A DNA stretch of 64,000 nucleotides from a virus: positions 1 through 64,000 of IMG/VR virus record IMGVR_UViG_3300037504_001427. One strand, 5' to 3'. Under the pieces are notes generated by a model, which did not search any database, was not told the origin of the DNA, and saw only the letters and a program-made list of their open reading frames with translations. Made by a program: the position numbers and the translations under genes. Shown here piece by piece: positions 59,884 through 64,000 of the stretch; the stretch's first letter is position 1, and the number at the start of each line of letters is the position of its first letter.

Positions 59884-60211
59884 TTGCGCTGTTGCTCCAG
59901 CGCTTTCATGCGGCGCTCGAGGTCAGCCAAGCGCTCCTCAATGGATGCCGGCCCCTGCACCGACGGCTCTGGTCGATAGACGCGTTCCTTGCCGTATCCC
60001 TTCGGACCCGTCCGCGCACAGAGCATTTTGTCATGTTCAACAAGGACGATGTCTTGTTGCGTCGCTTTTGCGATCACTGTCTGTGCTGCTTCGTCGGAAG
60101 TCTTGCACAACGGCACCAGCGTGGCGCCGTCCTTGCGAGCGGTTTCGATTTGACTTGGTATGTCGCGCAGAAAGTTTCTGGCTCGGCGGAGGATCTTTTC
60201 AGTGCTCATCA

Positions 60212-60212
<1 letters not shown>
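59880..60212 (-). CDS. hypothetical protein with C-terminal coiled coil
   Basis: IEERLADLERRMKALE. Confidence 0.6.
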
Positions 60213-61726
<1,514 letters not shown>

Positions 61727-61759
61727 CTGCTCTCATTGTCCTTTTTTCAGAGGTTCGTG

Positions 61760-62269
61760 CTATCGGTTTTTTGCCGCTATCGCCAACCCCAAATCTGCCA
61801 GTTCGTCTTTCCCGAAGGTGAAGAGGCAAGGCAGGAACTTGTGATTGATTCGCGAAGCAGTTTTGGGGGGATTTCTGCACACCTTCAGGGGCAGGCCCCC
61901 CTGACGTGCGACCACACCGAAGAGCGGGGGAGGGAGATTCTCGCGCCAAGGCAGTGTATTGCCAAGCGCATGACGAAGGCGGCGCCGATAACTCGCAGCC
62001 GCCTCTGGCTTGGTGGAACTCACCTGGATGATGCCGCCTGGCGCCAGATGCTTGAGCCACGGCTCTGGATCCTGTTCCGTACTGAGGAGAATAGCATCCG
62101 CTCCGTTGATGGGGATGGATGTATCGACGGACACATCCTTCCATTTGGACACCTCTTCCTGCATCACTTCACGCTGTGGTCCAGCCACCAGTACACGGCT
62201 GTTGGGAGGCAAGTACAGCACAGGCAGCAGCCCCAAGCATTCCCGGAGACGGTGCGGACAGACCTGCAT
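61760..62269 (-). CDS. degenerate SAM-fold (spermidine synthase-like?) protein
   Basis: RVLVAG...DAILL...LAPGGII; weak resemblance only. Confidence 0.35.
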   Translation of the reverse strand: MQVCPHRLRECLGLLPVLYLPPNSRVLVAGPQREVMQEEVSKWKDVSVDTSIPINGADAILLSTEQDPEPWLKHLAPGGIIQVSSTKPEAAASYRRRLRHALGNTLPWRENLPPPLFGVVARQGGLPLKVCRNPPKTASRINHKFLPCLFTFGKDELADLGLAIAAKNR

Positions 62270-63621
62270 TACTTCAGGAGGAGAAAGGCCAAGAGCCCGC
62301 CTGCCGCAACTGCGGCAGTCGTGGGAATCCCGAGGTCGAAGAGCCCGCCGGCCTCTGGCATGGAGTTGCTGACCGTTTCTTGCGCCTGCTGGATCCCTGT
62401 CCGGTATTCGGTCTCCAGTTCAAGGAGCTGCTGATCGATGGTATCGATCTCACGAAGCAGCGCTGGATCGTTCGGTCGGCTGACCAGAAGCGTCTGTATT
62501 TCAGCCTTTTTCGCTGTGAGTAAGGCACGTTGGCGCGCATAGGAGTCTTTGATGTCGGCCACGGTGCTGTCGAAGACGTTCTTGGCCGTGCCGATGTGGG
62601 CAATCCAGGCGGCCACCAACAAAGCCACCGCGGCGAGCCCCATGCCGCCGAGGGCGAGGGAGACTGCTTGTGCCGATATTCCCAGGCCCGGCGCATTCTG
62701 CTGCCACAGGCCAAGGGGGCTAAGCAGTTGCTTGCACTGATTGTCCGTCTTCTGCATCTCCACGCGCAGCCGACCGGCCGCTTTGGGATTCAGTGCATCA
62801 ATGCCGCGCAGGAGGGCAACGGCTTCGGTGCGCCGCTTGAAGAGCTGGTCGACTTTGGTCTGCAGTTGGCGCAGGATGGCCTGTCCGGAGGCGTAGCTCA
62901 GCGTTTGCTGCACCCCACCAAGGATGTAGTCGGCTTGTTGGTAGGCACGTTTTTGCTGCTGCCAGACGTCGGAGGCGATGCCGAGCACCTCATGGAGCAC
63001 CGCATTCCATCCGATGCCTTTCAGGAAGGCGTCGAAACTGGCGCGCAGGGTCTCGTCGCCCTGCGCATAGGCACCGAATTCTGGCGGAATCGTCCAGAGA
63101 GGCACGCGGAAGGCTTCTGCCTTGTCTGTGACGACTGCCTCGACGGCGGCGAAGAGGTATGCCGGCGGCAGCACGTCTTTTCTCAGGCAGTCGTGCACCC
63201 ACTTCAGAACGCCGAAGGAGACGGCTCCGTAGGCGCCGGGAGTGAGGCCCTCGACCCGAATGGGGCGGTATGAGGCGACTCCAGTGGCGCCCCGGTCTTG
63301 CAGCAGGAATTGCTGCACTGTCGGGCCGTAGTTCTCGACGAAGCGCCAGAAACCCTCCAGCATTCGTTGCTTCGTCTGCCCCTGCATGGCGGCTTCTATG
63401 GCCAAGTATCTGGCCTGTGCCTCCGGCGGCAGACGATTCTGGCGTCCCTGCTTCAGCAGGGAGTGTGCTTCACCGAGAGCGAAGGTGACCCCGACCGTGT
63501 TGGGAATTTGGCGGATCGGGACGATGATGTGCTGGTTCAGTGCGTTGAGGAGGATGCCACTCCGAGCATCGGAGACATCGCCATTCAAAGCACTGGGGGT
63601 GTAAGGTACTGGATAGGACAT
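62269..63621 (-). CDS. membrane-anchored virion protein
   Basis: PGLG motif, internal and C-terminal TM. Confidence 0.7.
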   Translation of the reverse strand: MSYPVPYTPSALNGDVSDARSGILLNALNQHIIVPIRQIPNTVGVTFALGEAHSLLKQGRQNRLPPEAQARYLAIEAAMQGQTKQRMLEGFWRFVENYGPTVQQFLLQDRGATGVASYRPIRVEGLTPGAYGAVSFGVLKWVHDCLRKDVLPPAYLFAAVEAVVTDKAEAFRVPLWTIPPEFGAYAQGDETLRASFDAFLKGIGWNAVLHEVLGIASDVWQQQKRAYQQADYILGGVQQTLSYASGQAILRQLQTKVDQLFKRRTEAVALLRGIDALNPKAAGRLRVEMQKTDNQCKQLLSPLGLWQQNAPGLGISAQAVSLALGGMGLAAVALLVAAWIAHIGTAKNVFDSTVADIKDSYARQRALLTAKKAEIQTLLVSRPNDPALLREIDTIDQQLLELETEYRTGIQQAQETVSNSMPEAGGLFDLGIPTTAAVAAGGLLAFLLLK

Positions 63622-63740
63622 GCACGGACTCCTGCGGGGGCATTTATACCTGCAGAAGGGCTCCGTACAAGGCGGCTAGTGGTCTTTCATGACGACGTGC
63701 GCGACGGCTCGCCACAGACGGCGAACTCAATGAGGAACGG

Positions 63741-63992
63741 TCAATTGTCTATTTTCGACTCGATGGCCTTGTTGTGGGCAGTCGCTTCTTCATTGTAGGC
63801 GTTTACCGCTGCCTCCAGGTGCAGGATGTAGCCCATGAGCAACTGCTCGTTTTCAGTAGGAGGCGCGCCGGTATCGAGTTCCTCACGAGGGTCAGCCTCT
63901 GTGTCGATCTTGATGAGTGGCCATTTGCCGACATCGTGTCCCTCCCGGACGCAGCCGACCAAGAGGACACAACAGATCAGAATTCGGACCAT
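63741..63992 (-). CDS. lipoprotein (o-spanin-like)
   Basis: Signal peptide with lipobox LVGC. Confidence 0.5.
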   Translation of the reverse strand: MVRILICCVLLVGCVREGHDVGKWPLIKIDTEADPREELDTGAPPTENEQLLMGYILHLEAAVNAYNEEATAHNKAIESKIDN

Positions 63993-64000
63993 GATTCGAC

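Overview
This GC-rich (about 65%) window looks like part of a large prokaryotic virus or provirus genome. No terminase, portal or tail-tube genes are visible. The virion modules (8.7-20.8 kb and 54.9-64 kb) instead resemble a tailless, membrane-containing virus, with single-jelly-roll-like proteins, a transglutaminase-like Cys protease, many C-terminally anchored membrane proteins and two paralogous spike proteins. 1-5.8 kb holds minus-strand small genes separated by a covarying 27-nt hairpin. 39-51 kb is a replication block: primase-SF3 helicase, Cas4-like nuclease, SSB-like protein, family A polymerase and SNF2 helicase. The most unusual feature is at 25.6-38.5 kb: about 30 tandem, translationally coupled micro-genes, MRYPVG-(G-X)n-GTVEGR, joined by a conserved 34-bp junction containing RBS, stop and start. 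Unrelated cargo sits between units and mostly reuses the same junction: a macrodomain, queC-folE2-dpdA, a PAPS-reductase-like gene, a tRNA-CAT and unknown ORFs. One unit carries a clean 36-bp insertion identical to part of a gene 25 kb away, in antisense orientation. All family calls come from motif recognition by eye; no database searches were run.
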